Part shown: positions 8,471 through 16,410 of the stretch, piece by piece | Layout of the letters: the number at the start of each line of letters is the position of its first letter | Position numbering within the stretch: the stretch's first letter is position 1 | Source: Patescibacteria group bacterium | Lineage (GTDB): Bacteria > Patescibacteriota > Patescibacteriia > UBA9934 | Assembly (NCBI GenBank): GCA_018062825.1 | Contig: JAGORL010000002.1 | Span: forward strand, 1,629-65,628 | Direction: 5' to 3' | Length of the DNA stretch: 64,000 nt | Program-made: the position numbers and the translations under genes | Notes under the pieces: model-generated | What the model was told of the DNA's origin: nothing | Seen by the model: the letters and a program-made list of their open reading frames with translations, nothing else | Database searches by the model: none

Positions 8471-8547
8471 ACCCCTTCTTGCCCTCCACCTTCACCCCTC
8501 CTCCCTTCACCCTTCCGCCCTTCCTCCTTTCCACCCTTCCGCCCCCA
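8471..8547 (-). repeat. G-rich (sense-strand) purine repeat tract, GGCGGAAGGG / GGAAAGG units
   Basis: Minus strand reads GGGGGCGGAAGGGTGGAAAGGAGGAAGGGCGGAAGGGTGAAGGGAGGAGGGGTGAAGG. It starts at the TAG stop of the upstream ATPase gene. Confidence 0.6.
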
Positions 8548-11088
8548 CTACCCCATCGGCGGCTTCACCGGTGGAGCCACTGGACGTGCCTTGTTCATAC
8601 CCGAACGCTCCATAATGTCTCGCTCTACGATCGATTTATCCTGACCGTACTGCAAACGAGAGATCTCCTTAAGAGCATCACCAACCCGGCGGTTACCTTT
8701 CTCAATCGGAATCGCCTTCATGGTAAACGGCTTAGCCTGGGCGTTCTCAATGATCATCTTCACGTTCCAGGTGTACATGTCGGTATTCATGAGGTCATAG
8801 CCGCTAAAAGTTGGAGCAAACACCTTCTCGAGTGTTTCAACATCTTCCGGACCAACACGCGCCACAAACATGTTTCCAACGTTACCCAAAACTGCATCAC
8901 GGATCTCACTCTTCCCATCTTTCACAAGCTGACCCATGTACTGGTGCGCCAAAATCATGTTCAAACGATACTTACGCGCCTCAGACAAAATCGTGGCAAT
9001 ACTTGGGGTAATAAAGTTCTGGAACTCGTCGATATACAGGTAAAAGTCATGGCGTTCACTCTCTGGAATATCAGCACGTGAAAAGGCTGCCATCTGCAAC
9101 TTAGCCACAAGAATCAAACCAAGAAGCGAAGCATTCACTTCACCGGTCTTACCCTTAGAAAGATTAACGAGCAAAATCTGCTTCTTATCCATGATTTCAC
9201 GGAAATTGAAAGCACTCTTTTGCTGACCAATAATGTTACGCATCATCTCGTTCTCCACGAAGCGACCAACCTTAGAAACCAAGTAACCCATCATTTCACT
9301 CTTATGGTAGTCGCTCGTTTTAGCCATCTCATCCTCCCAGAACGATCGAACAACCGGATCCTTTACCTTGGAAACCCATTCCTTCTGGAAAGCTTCATCA
9401 GCAATCATGCGTGGAATTTCTACAATCGTTCCTGGATTCTGCACATCAGCCATCAAGGTCAACATGTAGTTACGCATGTTGTGTTCAAACATCGGACCGA
9501 TCATTTCCGGTGGGAACAACATGTAGAAAATGCTAATCATTTCCTGCACCACGAAATCGCGCATCTCATCATTTGGTGATTCAAGCATGTTCAAACCCAT
9601 CGGACGCTCAAGGTCTGACGGATTGAAGTAAACAACGTCATCAATACGATTCTTTGGAATGAGCTCAAGAACGCCGTCAGCCAAATCTCCGTGCGGATCA
9701 ATAATACAAACACCTTTGCCGTTTCGAATATCCTGTACGGCCATGTTCTTAATAAACTCCGATTTACCGGAACCCGTTTTACCAATGATGTACATGTGAC
9801 GTCGGCGGTCACTATCTGTCATGTGAATATCAGTACGCACACCCCGATACTCGTTATAACCAACGAGGAGCCCTTCTTTAGGAATGTTTGTTGGAGCAGG
9901 CTGAGTACGCGCAAGCATCCAGCGAATGTTTGGTGTTTCAGTACTAGCAAGCGGCAAGTGCCACAAACTCGCTAACTCTTCAGTGTTAGCGATCAAACGG
10001 TGGCTGTCATCAAACAAGCGGAAAATAAACTCATCAATAATCTTACGCTTAGTGCGAGGAATGCTCTTTTCAAACGAATTGCCGTATTCGTAAATACTGT
10101 ACTGAGAAAAAGCCTGCAAAACGTTACCAAGATACGCTTGAGCCATGTCTGCGGTCTGCGCGGAAGCAACAATGCGAATATTCACCTCAAGCGCTGCCTT
10201 AGTCATCTTGTTCTCAATGCCCTCAAGCATCTTTGTTTCAGCAGCAGACAACCGGCGCTCTCGGCGTTTTGCAGCCTGCTTCTCAATATCTTCCTTAGAA
10301 GACATCCAGCCAGCTTTGGTAGCCCCCGTTTTCGCCTCCTCAAGTGTCATGCCCGCCTGCATGTTGCGCACGATCTTTGAACCAAATGCTCGCCAATCAC
10401 TTGCGGCCGGACGCACCAAAAACTGCACCGCTACGCCATCGGTCTCAAGCACTTTTGATAGTGCATTAGTAAGCGCGTTAACCGGATCACCCTCAATCTC
10501 TTTAAAGGTTTTAATCGGGAAAGCATTTTCACGCTTAAACTTCACGTGACCAGCCACGGTAACGCCGGTTGGTGAAAAAATATTGTAATCAACGATCTCC
10601 TCAAGGTAGGCATCGCTCCATTGTGCATGAAGTTGCTGTTCAAAAAATTCCTGATGCTTCTTCGGAACCGTAACGTAAAACGTAACCAACTTCTCATGTG
10701 CAACAAGTTCAAAAGCAAAAACATCATTCCTGCCTTTAAGCCAAGCATTAAAACCCTTCTCAGGCTTCAAGCCGCCAATCGCGGCATAGAGCGTTTCTGC
10801 AATAGCGATCTTCTCTTTAATAGTTGCCGGCGTATCATTTTGCCGCGCCTCGTCCTGATTTTTATAACGAGGAATAGTCACACGCAACGTCACCTGGGCA
10901 TTCTCACCACCTTTAGCACGCGCCGAACGCATAGCCCGAGCTCGCCAATAGAAAACAAAACCAACCAAGCATCCGACCACCGCCAAAACCGCAGCTAGGA
11001 AAAGAAAAAGGAGCGCTATTGGATCAAGACCAGCGCCGACCGTTGTTTCAAGATCCGTTCCTCCAAGGATTTGCAACATAATCACCAT
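8548..11088 (-). CDS. membrane-anchored FtsK/HerA/TraD(VirD4)-superfamily P-loop ATPase (DUF87/TraG-D_C-like)
   Basis: N-terminal TM segment; Walker A YIIGKTGSGKSEF; Walker B FYLYIDEFQNF; RKYRLNMILAHQYMGQL ... VLGNVGN motif typical of TrwB/TraD coupling-protein ATPases. Confidence 0.7.
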   Translation of the reverse strand: MVIMLQILGGTDLETTVGAGLDPIALLFLFLAAVLAVVGCLVGFVFYWRARAMRSARAKGGENAQVTLRVTIPRYKNQDEARQNDTPATIKEKIAIAETLYAAIGGLKPEKGFNAWLKGRNDVFAFELVAHEKLVTFYVTVPKKHQEFFEQQLHAQWSDAYLEEIVDYNIFSPTGVTVAGHVKFKRENAFPIKTFKEIEGDPVNALTNALSKVLETDGVAVQFLVRPAASDWRAFGSKIVRNMQAGMTLEEAKTGATKAGWMSSKEDIEKQAAKRRERRLSAAETKMLEGIENKMTKAALEVNIRIVASAQTADMAQAYLGNVLQAFSQYSIYEYGNSFEKSIPRTKRKIIDEFIFRLFDDSHRLIANTEELASLWHLPLASTETPNIRWMLARTQPAPTNIPKEGLLVGYNEYRGVRTDIHMTDSDRRRHMYIIGKTGSGKSEFIKNMAVQDIRNGKGVCIIDPHGDLADGVLELIPKNRIDDVVYFNPSDLERPMGLNMLESPNDEMRDFVVQEMISIFYMLFPPEMIGPMFEHNMRNYMLTLMADVQNPGTIVEIPRMIADEAFQKEWVSKVKDPVVRSFWEDEMAKTSDYHKSEMMGYLVSKVGRFVENEMMRNIIGQQKSAFNFREIMDKKQILLVNLSKGKTGEVNASLLGLILVAKLQMAAFSRADIPESERHDFYLYIDEFQNFITPSIATILSEARKYRLNMILAHQYMGQLVKDGKSEIRDAVLGNVGNMFVARVGPEDVETLEKVFAPTFSGYDLMNTDMYTWNVKMIIENAQAKPFTMKAIPIEKGNRRVGDALKEISRLQYGQDKSIVERDIMERSGMNKARPVAPPVKPPMG

Positions 11089-11579
11089 TATTCACGTACT
11101 TTGAGCACGCTATCTGTAATAATTTTTGCCTCTTGCGTCAAAAACTCCCGAGTCACCTTTGGAACAAGCTTGAGCCAACCTTCAACAAGATCAAGAACGG
11201 TGCCTTCAGAAAGACGACCGCTGGCAATCATGGCGCGAATCTTCACCGCGATCTCTTCCCCGCGCTTTCGAAAAGCTGGCTTAACGCCATCCGGGATCTG
11301 AACGTAGAGATTTTTCAAGCGAGCAGACAAGGCCTCCTCAACATGCGAGAGGAGTTCATCTTTTGCTCGTGGTACTTCTCGTGCTGCCTGAAGCGCCGCG
11401 GCACGTGCCTCGGAAACCGCTGCTGGATCTGCCTCCATCTGCACCGGAGCCTGTTCGGGAGCAGCTATCTCAGGGGAGTATTCCGCCTGCGGAATCTCCC
11501 GCTCTGACACAGTAGTCAAATCTAAAACCTCCGCGCCAAGCAGATTTGGGGCTTCACCCGTCGTCTCACGATCGCTCAT
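11088..11579 (-). CDS. hypothetical protein (acidic N-terminus, helical C-terminus), translationally coupled to the ATPase
   Basis: Stop overlaps the ATPase start (ATGA). An extended -10 (TGTTACAAT) lies upstream. Confidence 0.5.
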   Translation of the reverse strand: MSDRETTGEAPNLLGAEVLDLTTVSEREIPQAEYSPEIAAPEQAPVQMEADPAAVSEARAAALQAAREVPRAKDELLSHVEEALSARLKNLYVQIPDGVKPAFRKRGEEIAVKIRAMIASGRLSEGTVLDLVEGWLKLVPKVTREFLTQEAKIITDSVLKVRE

Positions 11580-11600
11580 ATAGGCATATTGTAACAGATA

Positions 11601-11634
11601 AACAAAAGAGCACGGACGTCAGGTCGCGTGCTCT
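11601..11634 (-). terminator. rho-independent terminator of cysS (AGAGCACG ... CGTGCTCT + TTTTG)
   Basis: 8-bp stem followed by a U-tract on the minus strand. Confidence 0.75.
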
Positions 11635-11649
11635 TTCTCACACTATCCC

Positions 11650-13038
11650 CTATACCCTATTCCCTTCCTTCACCCTCTGCCCCTCAGCTGTATCCTCAAC
11701 CACAAACCCAAGTTCGGCAATTGCATCACGCAATCTATCTGAAGCTGAAAAATCTTTGTTAGATCGAGCGGCGGCACGTTCATCAAGTAGTGCCTGCACA
11801 CTTGGCGGCACAAGTACCGGTCGCGCGACCACGTCATCAAGCGTCAAACCAAGCACTTCATCAAAAGCCAAAAGAGTAGCGGCTTTAGTCGAACTAACAA
11901 CATTTGCGTCACTAACAAGCTCCCACAAGACCGCCAAAGCCCCTGGCGTATCAAGGTCATCGCTAACGCGTGCCATAAAGCGATCAACGTACCCAGTATC
12001 AGGAGTACTTGGCTTTTCAAGCGTACGAGCAAGATCGATCAAGCGATTTAGTGCTTGATGAGAAGCGCCAAGCGCTTCAAACGTAAAGTTCTGCGGGGTT
12101 CGGTAATGCGCCTGCAAAATAAAGTAACGGAAATCGAACGGGGAAAAACCCTTAGCTTCAAGATCATCAAGAGAGTACGTATTTCCAAGCGATTTACTCA
12201 TCTTGCCGCCATCAACCAGTAAAAACTCATTGTGCATCCAAAGGTTTGCCTCCAAAACTCCACGAGCACCAAGGGTTTGCGCCAACTCATTCTCATGATG
12301 CACCGCAATGTGATCAATGCCACCCGTATGAATATCAAAAGGAACGCCTAAATACTTCTCCCCCATGGCTGAACACTCAATATGCCAACCCGGAAAACCC
12401 TTACCCCATGGCGACTCCCACTCCATATGACGCTTCTCGCCAGCCGGTGAAAACTTCCACAAGGCAAAGTCAGCGGCACTACGCTTACCATCGGTCTCAA
12501 CACGAGCTCCCCCTTCTTTCTCCTCCATCTTCTGCCCAGAAAGCTGGCCGTACTCCGGCAGCTTGGCAACATCAAAATAAATGCCGTCATCCGTGCGGTA
12601 CGTAAAACCATTCTTCTGAAGCTCTTCAACCATGGCAATCTGCTCAGCAATATGATCAGTAGCCTTAGGAATAACGGTTGGCATCAGATTGTTCACTCGA
12701 CGAATATCGGCAAGAAAAAGTTTAGTGTATTCGTCAGCAATATCCCACGCCGTTTTACCCTTCTTCTTGGAAGCAACCTCAAGCTTATCCTCGCCGCTTG
12801 ATGCGTCATCAGTTAAATGACCAACATCCGTAATATTCATGACCGCCGTCACCGCAAAACCATTCTTTTCTAGTGTACGTCGTAAAAGGTCAGCAAAAAT
12901 AAATGATCGCAAATTTCCGATGGAAGCTCGATCGTAAACCGTTGGTCCACAAGAATACATTCCGACCTTGCCCGGTACCTGAGGAGTAAAAATCTCTTTT
13001 TTGCGACCAAGGGTATTGAAAAATGCGATGACATGCAT
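11650..13038 (-). CDS. cysS: cysteine--tRNA ligase
   Basis: YSCGPTVYD, HIGH-like and KMSKS motifs. Start set at the internal Met (MHVIAFFNTLGRKKEIF). The C-terminal GNRV-stop is encoded by the G-rich repeat. Confidence 0.85.
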   Translation of the reverse strand: MHVIAFFNTLGRKKEIFTPQVPGKVGMYSCGPTVYDRASIGNLRSFIFADLLRRTLEKNGFAVTAVMNITDVGHLTDDASSGEDKLEVASKKKGKTAWDIADEYTKLFLADIRRVNNLMPTVIPKATDHIAEQIAMVEELQKNGFTYRTDDGIYFDVAKLPEYGQLSGQKMEEKEGGARVETDGKRSAADFALWKFSPAGEKRHMEWESPWGKGFPGWHIECSAMGEKYLGVPFDIHTGGIDHIAVHHENELAQTLGARGVLEANLWMHNEFLLVDGGKMSKSLGNTYSLDDLEAKGFSPFDFRYFILQAHYRTPQNFTFEALGASHQALNRLIDLARTLEKPSTPDTGYVDRFMARVSDDLDTPGALAVLWELVSDANVVSSTKAATLLAFDEVLGLTLDDVVARPVLVPPSVQALLDERAAARSNKDFSASDRLRDAIAELGFVVEDTAEGQRVKEGNRV

Positions 13039-13088
13039 AGATGTCAGCACAGTAACAGGGGCAACACACTTCATCAAATTCCCTGCCC

Positions 13089-13131
13089 ACAAAAAGAAGA
13101 CCCACCCTCGCCGTTTGGCAAAAGGTGGGTC
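13089..13131 (-). terminator. terminator of GC-rich cassette a1 (GACCCACC ... GGTGGGTC + UUCUUUUUG)
   Basis: Read directly. Confidence 0.6.
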
Positions 13132-13140
13132 GCGCGGTCA

Positions 13141-13704
13141 TCACCACGTGATGCCCACAGAAGCACCCTGGTACTCGGTACCCGTATCCACCCGCCAGCG
13201 AGGGATATCATCCCCCTCAGCGAAGGGCGAGAAGTCGATCCCGCGCTCAGTGCCACCCTGGAGTCCGAAAGCCAGATGCATCGGGAACACGACCACGGTC
13301 GTGACCACACGCTGCTGACCCGCAAACATCACCGGGCGACCAATGAGGTGAAACGGTGAGACACCGAGGTCGCTCGCGGCCACAACGAGCACGCGCGAGA
13401 ACTCCGGAAACGCCGCCGCTACGGCATTAACCGAAACTCCCTGAACGCTGTCCCGCTTCAAGTAGCGCGGCACCTCCACATCCGCCCCCACTGAGCAGTG
13501 AGGACCCTTGAGACGCATGCGACGCTCGACAAACGACCGCCTCACAACGCTCAGAACCGACCACTGCGGCACGAGCACCTGGTTCAAGGGAACGAACAAC
13601 CCATCAGCCTCCTTGCCGAGACCGGCGTAGAGAAAACGACGTCCAAACTCCTGGTGCAGGAGCACGTGCCCGAACAAGAAACCTTCTTGACCATCGTCGC
13701 TCAT
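13141..13704 (-). CDS. hypothetical protein, GC-rich cassette a1
   Basis: Start at MSDDGQEGF preceded by CTTGGAGGTG. The strongly GC-rich segment yields spurious antisense ORFs. Confidence 0.5.
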   Translation of the reverse strand: MSDDGQEGFLFGHVLLHQEFGRRFLYAGLGKEADGLFVPLNQVLVPQWSVLSVVRRSFVERRMRLKGPHCSVGADVEVPRYLKRDSVQGVSVNAVAAAFPEFSRVLVVAASDLGVSPFHLIGRPVMFAGQQRVVTTVVVFPMHLAFGLQGGTERGIDFSPFAEGDDIPRWRVDTGTEYQGASVGITW

Positions 13705-13745
13705 CTCACCTCCAAGGCGACAAGGTAGCGTAACAAAAAACACAA
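13705..13745 (-). promoter_or_regulatory. conserved cassette leader, copy a1 (CGCTACCTTG ... CTTGGAGGTG-ATG)
   Basis: Shared with leaders at 14447-14510, 20870-20898 and 45758-45813. Confidence 0.45.
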
Positions 13746-13792
13746 CAAAAAGCAAACAAAAGACTCGCCGCCCCTTCCGCAGCCGCGGAAGG
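13745..13792 (-). terminator. terminator of cassette a2 (CCTTCCGC-GGCT-GCGGAAGG + U-rich)
   Basis: 8-bp stem followed by a long T-rich run on the minus strand. Confidence 0.55.
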
Positions 13793-13810
13793 TAACGACG
13801 AGCCAGCGCC

Positions 13811-14446
13811 TCACCCGGACACGAACCGATCAACGACATCGGGTCCCTCCACGTGCCTCAGGAAGAGCGGATGAACCTGTTCGTTACGGTCGTACTGGGG
13901 CACCACAACGAACTTGCGAGTACCATCACCGTTTGCGCCCCACAGGTACAAACCGGCCTTGCGCTCCCCGTGATCACGTTCCACCTTGCGGTCGAACACG
14001 ATCGCGAAGCACTTGAGCACGTAGCGAACGCTGTGCGGATCACGCTCGAGGCGCACCAGCCGACCAAGTGACGAGAGCGGAAAGCGCGGCTCGCGCAGTA
14101 CGCCACGCAGAAGGTCGCGTCCCGTCGGCGTTGCCGCATCAAGGAAGCGTCGCCAGATATGCACGTAGGCTTCGTCATCACGCGGCAAAGCCACGATCTC
14201 GAAGCTCTGGAAAGGCTGCTCCACGCCGTTGATGGCAAAGTAGCTGCCACCGGCATCGATGAAACACTCCCGATCCGGATAGCCCGGCAAGGCTGCCGCC
14301 CGAAAGCGATCAATGCCATGCTCGGTACCCACCCGGGTGACAAAGGCCGCCACCACAGAACCACTCTCTTCCCCACGACCGTACACGACGATCGCGCTTG
14401 CTGCCGGGGCCTCACGGCCACGAGAGCTAGGCCGACTTTGACCCAT
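13811..14446 (-). CDS. hypothetical protein, GC-rich cassette a2
   Basis: Start at MGQSRPSS with RBS GGAGGGG. The alternative-frame ORF 13858-14421 has an implausible composition. Confidence 0.5.
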   Translation of the reverse strand: MGQSRPSSRGREAPAASAIVVYGRGEESGSVVAAFVTRVGTEHGIDRFRAAALPGYPDRECFIDAGGSYFAINGVEQPFQSFEIVALPRDDEAYVHIWRRFLDAATPTGRDLLRGVLREPRFPLSSLGRLVRLERDPHSVRYVLKCFAIVFDRKVERDHGERKAGLYLWGANGDGTRKFVVVPQYDRNEQVHPLFLRHVEGPDVVDRFVSG

Positions 14447-14510
14447 GACCCCTCCAGTCCTCGGGATGAATTCCCGCGCCAAGGTTAGATGAAAAATGAC
14501 AAAAACGCAA
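14447..14510 (-). promoter_or_regulatory. conserved cassette leader, copy a2 (TTGCGT-17-TAACCT; CTAACCTTGGC; ACTGGAGGGG-ATG)
   Basis: Aligned by eye with three other copies. Confidence 0.45.
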
Positions 14511-14520
14511 GGTCTTGACC

Positions 14521-15573
14521 CTATCCCTCCTTAAGGCCCAACTCCTCAAGTGCCGTTTTTTGCTGCTTACTCAACTTGGTAGGCGTTACAACCTGTACAA
14601 CCACGATTTGATCACCTCGATTACGACCATGTGGCACACCCTTACCCTTTAAGCGCAATTCGTCACCGGCTTGCGTGCCAGCAGGGATCTTCATCTCAAC
14701 CGGGCCATCTACCGTATCAATACGCACGGTGTCACCAAGAGCAGCCTGAGTAAAACCAATCTTTAACTTGGTAAAGATGGTTACGCCATTACGCGTAAAC
14801 CGTGGGTCCGGCGTCACGTTCACATCAATATATAAGTCACCCGTGTCGCCACGCACACCGATACTGTCGCCTTCACCTCGTACGCGCAAGCGAGTGTCAT
14901 CCTCAATACCAGCCGGAATATCCACCCGTACAGTTTTCTTACCCTGCACCGTACCCTCGCCGTGACACGTTGAACAAAACTTTTCAGGCTTCTCACCACG
15001 TCCTTGGCAATCATCACACGCTGCTCGCACCTGCATAGCCCCAAGCATAGTGCGCTGCACCTTGATCACATAACCGTTACCTTTACAGGTGGTACAAGCC
15101 GCCATCTTGGAACCAGGCTCCGCCGTTGTACCAGCACAACGATCACAAGTATTTGATCGATTGATAACGATCTCTTTGCTCACGCCAAAAATCGCGTCAT
15201 GAAATGAGAGCGTAACGTGAACACCAAGATCAGAGCCTCGTTCACGGCGCGTACGACCACCTCCACCCATGCCGAACATATTGCCAAAAATATCTCCCAA
15301 GTCTTCAAAACCAGCTGCTCCGCCAAATTGCGAAAAATCAAAGCCACCAGGGAATCCCCCGGCGCCTGCATCAGCTGAACCAAATTGGTCGTACCGTTGG
15401 CGCTTTTCAGGGTCACCAAGCGCCTGGTACGCCTCATTGATCTCTTTAAACTTATCGGCGTTACCACCCTTATCAGGGTGGTGTTCATGCGCAAGCTTTC
15501 GAAAAGCACGCTTAATCTCATCAGCTGAAGCCGACTTCGAAACGCCTAAAATGCTGTAATAATCTTTCGCCAC
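14521..15573 (-). CDS. dnaJ: molecular chaperone DnaJ
   Basis: J-domain with HPD; G/F region; four CxxCxGxG zinc-finger repeats. Confidence 0.9.
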   Translation of the reverse strand: MAKDYYSILGVSKSASADEIKRAFRKLAHEHHPDKGGNADKFKEINEAYQALGDPEKRQRYDQFGSADAGAGGFPGGFDFSQFGGAAGFEDLGDIFGNMFGMGGGGRTRRERGSDLGVHVTLSFHDAIFGVSKEIVINRSNTCDRCAGTTAEPGSKMAACTTCKGNGYVIKVQRTMLGAMQVRAACDDCQGRGEKPEKFCSTCHGEGTVQGKKTVRVDIPAGIEDDTRLRVRGEGDSIGVRGDTGDLYIDVNVTPDPRFTRNGVTIFTKLKIGFTQAALGDTVRIDTVDGPVEMKIPAGTQAGDELRLKGKGVPHGRNRGDQIVVVQVVTPTKLSKQQKTALEELGLKEG

Positions 15574-15578
15574 AGAAT

Positions 15579-15803
15579 TTATTCATCAGCCTCACCGGCA
15601 CCACAATCTTCACAGTCGTCACAACAACGATCAGTATCAGACTCTTCATCGCAACAATCACAACTTTCACCACAGCTCACCTTTCCGCCATTCCCCCCTT
15701 CCGCCATTCCGCCTTTCTTCACAGGCATAGCGCAAACGCCATCATGACAGGTGGCCTTTGGTGCTTCTTTCTTTGCCCCAAACACTGACGAAAGCCATGA
15801 CAT
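15579..15803 (-). CDS. Cys/Asp-rich microprotein (74 aa), hypothetical
   Basis: [74 protein letters not shown]. It lies 5 nt upstream of dnaJ. The middle part is encoded by a GGCGGAAGGG-type repeat. Confidence 0.45.
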   Translation of the reverse strand: MSWLSSVFGAKKEAPKATCHDGVCAMPVKKGGMAEGGNGGKVSCGESCDCCDEESDTDRCCDDCEDCGAGEADE

Positions 15804-15806
15804 AGA

Positions 15807-15995
15807 CTATTTCTCATTAATAACCTCACCCGAAACATCAACCACCGAGGTGCCGTTCTTGCTCTTCTGTTTCACCTTTGATGACGTTCTACGCCACAAC
15901 AGAGCAACTAAGGGGACAATAACAAGTGTTATTGCTCCCCAAATAAGTTGCGCATAGTGCCCTGCTTTCTTTAATCGTAAAAGGAGGGACCACAT
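15807..15995 (-). CDS. small single-TM membrane protein (62 aa), hypothetical
   Basis: One hydrophobic helix then a basic tail; tightly packed between its neighbours. Confidence 0.35.
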   Translation of the reverse strand: MWSLLLRLKKAGHYAQLIWGAITLVIVPLVALLWRRTSSKVKQKSKNGTSVVDVSGEVINEK

Positions 15996-16000
15996 AGTAC

Positions 16001-16384
16001 TTAGGCTTGTTTCTTAGCGTCGGCAGCACTCCAAGAACACAAACGCATTGGTTCGCCACCATCAAAACGTGCCCACATGATGTACTCGCCGTTGCCAGCA
16101 ATTGGCACTCCAGGAATACGCATCACAATCTGTGCTCCAGGGCCCTTGATCACGCCCTTATAGAGATTGCCCTTCTCAACAAGCACCTTATCAGCATTTG
16201 TCATGTAAAGCTCAATCTCATGCTCTGGCGACAAACCTTCAAAACGCGTAGCAAAGAATCCGCGCAAAGCCTTGGGAGCACCAACGGCAAAGTTTGTTCG
16301 ATCAAACACATTCACAAACGTGTGCAAACCATTGACCGACAACGTCGCGAGCTCACAGAACAGTGCGTATTCTTTGGTAATCAT
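16001..16384 (-). CDS. hypothetical protein (127 aa) immediately downstream of dnaK
   Basis: ORF with plausible composition in an operon position. Confidence 0.5.
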   Translation of the reverse strand: MITKEYALFCELATLSVNGLHTFVNVFDRTNFAVGAPKALRGFFATRFEGLSPEHEIELYMTNADKVLVEKGNLYKGVIKGPGAQIVMRIPGVPIAGNGEYIMWARFDGGEPMRLCSWSAADAKKQA

Positions 16385-16410
16385 AAGATAATAGACGTCG
16401 AGTGAATAAA

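Noticed and set aside
8104-8547. Diversity-generating retroelement hypothesis (Avd-like four-helix-bundle protein next to G-rich versus A-rich repeat variants)
   Set aside because: There is no reverse transcriptase in the window. There is no template/variable repeat pair at the 3' end of a target gene. The G/A differences between repeat families are transitions spread over unrelated loci, not adenine-specific mutagenesis of one repeat.
13858-14421. 187-aa alternative-frame ORF inside cassette a2, and the plus-strand ORFs at 13001-13359 and 14159-14488
   Set aside because: S/R/C-rich junk composition, an artefact of high GC. The 13811-14446 frame has a strong RBS and a plausible sequence.
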